A program made the translations under genes and the position numbers. From the IMG/VR virus record IMGVR_UViG_2833096052_000002, positions 11,673 through 38,749 of that record: a stretch of DNA of 27,077 bases; one strand, 5' to 3'. The notes below the pieces were generated by a model. It was not told where the DNA came from. It ran no database searches and saw only the letters and a program-made list of their open reading frames with translations. This document shows, one piece after another, positions 26,927 through 27,077 of the stretch. Position 1 is the first letter of the stretch. Every line of letters begins with the position of its first letter. Source of the stretch: a virus (taxonomy: Duplodnaviria; Heunggongvirae; Uroviricota; Caudoviricetes).

Positions 26927-26992
26927 AAAACATATCTCCTTATAATTTATTGTCACCTATATATTCTCTCTTTGTCATTCAAAAACTCAAAG

Positions 26993-27006
26993 GAAATGCT
27001 TCTTTA
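26993..27006. repeat. KAAA-N6-TTTM palindrome (GAAA TGCTTC TTTA)
   Basis: Overlaps the TAA stop at 27004-27006. Confidence 0.65.
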
Positions 27007-27077
27007 TTGAGATTGTTTCTTAGTAGCTTTTTTCAAAAATTTTTCCATACTATCAGCGTCTTTATCTGTGAGTTTTC
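27004..27077 (-). CDS. 3' end of a gene running off the window
   Basis: Open frame KLTDKDADSMEKFLKKATKKQSQ-stop. Confidence 0.5.
   Translation of the reverse strand, partial: KLTDKDADSMEKFLKKATKKQSQ

Noticed and set aside
554-26945. Plus-strand ORFs and nested alternative-frame ORFs in the track
   Set aside because: They are shadows of minus-strand genes, with no SD, biased composition and no recognisable motifs.
1-27077. Stop-codon reassignment
   Set aside because: Long genes are intact under the standard code, and TAG, TGA and TAA all end genes directly before the next SD. The breaks seen are frameshifts, not in-frame stops.

Overview
A low-GC segment with every credible gene on the minus strand. 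It looks like a large Firmicutes (probably gut Clostridia) phage or prophage with an SPbeta-like replication block. The right part (about 15-27 kb) is an accessory region of small ORFs, including a LemA pair, a DUF3307 membrane protein, an HNH-like fusion protein and a translationally coupled three-gene module (Met/Gly-rich protein, vWA protein, divergent adenylosuccinate-synthetase homologue). The left part holds an SSB-like protein, a Sak4-like AAA ATPase, DnaB, a free-standing HNH-AP2 endonuclease, primase, a PD-(D/E)xK nuclease, DnaE, RecD2, an HD protein and a ClpP-like protease. Main signals: (1) the PurA-like/vWA module has an altered substrate loop and nucleotide-specificity motif; (2) a palindrome KAAA-N6-TTTM sits at gene boundaries, and one ORF appears to be truncated at such a site, which suggests a cassette-shuffling or operator system; (3) a strand-specific (AAC)AGAGAATA junction motif recurs; (4) three genes probably start at AUU/AUA; (5) three frameshifts fall in short homopolymer runs. 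All family calls come from motif recognition by eye; no database searches were run.
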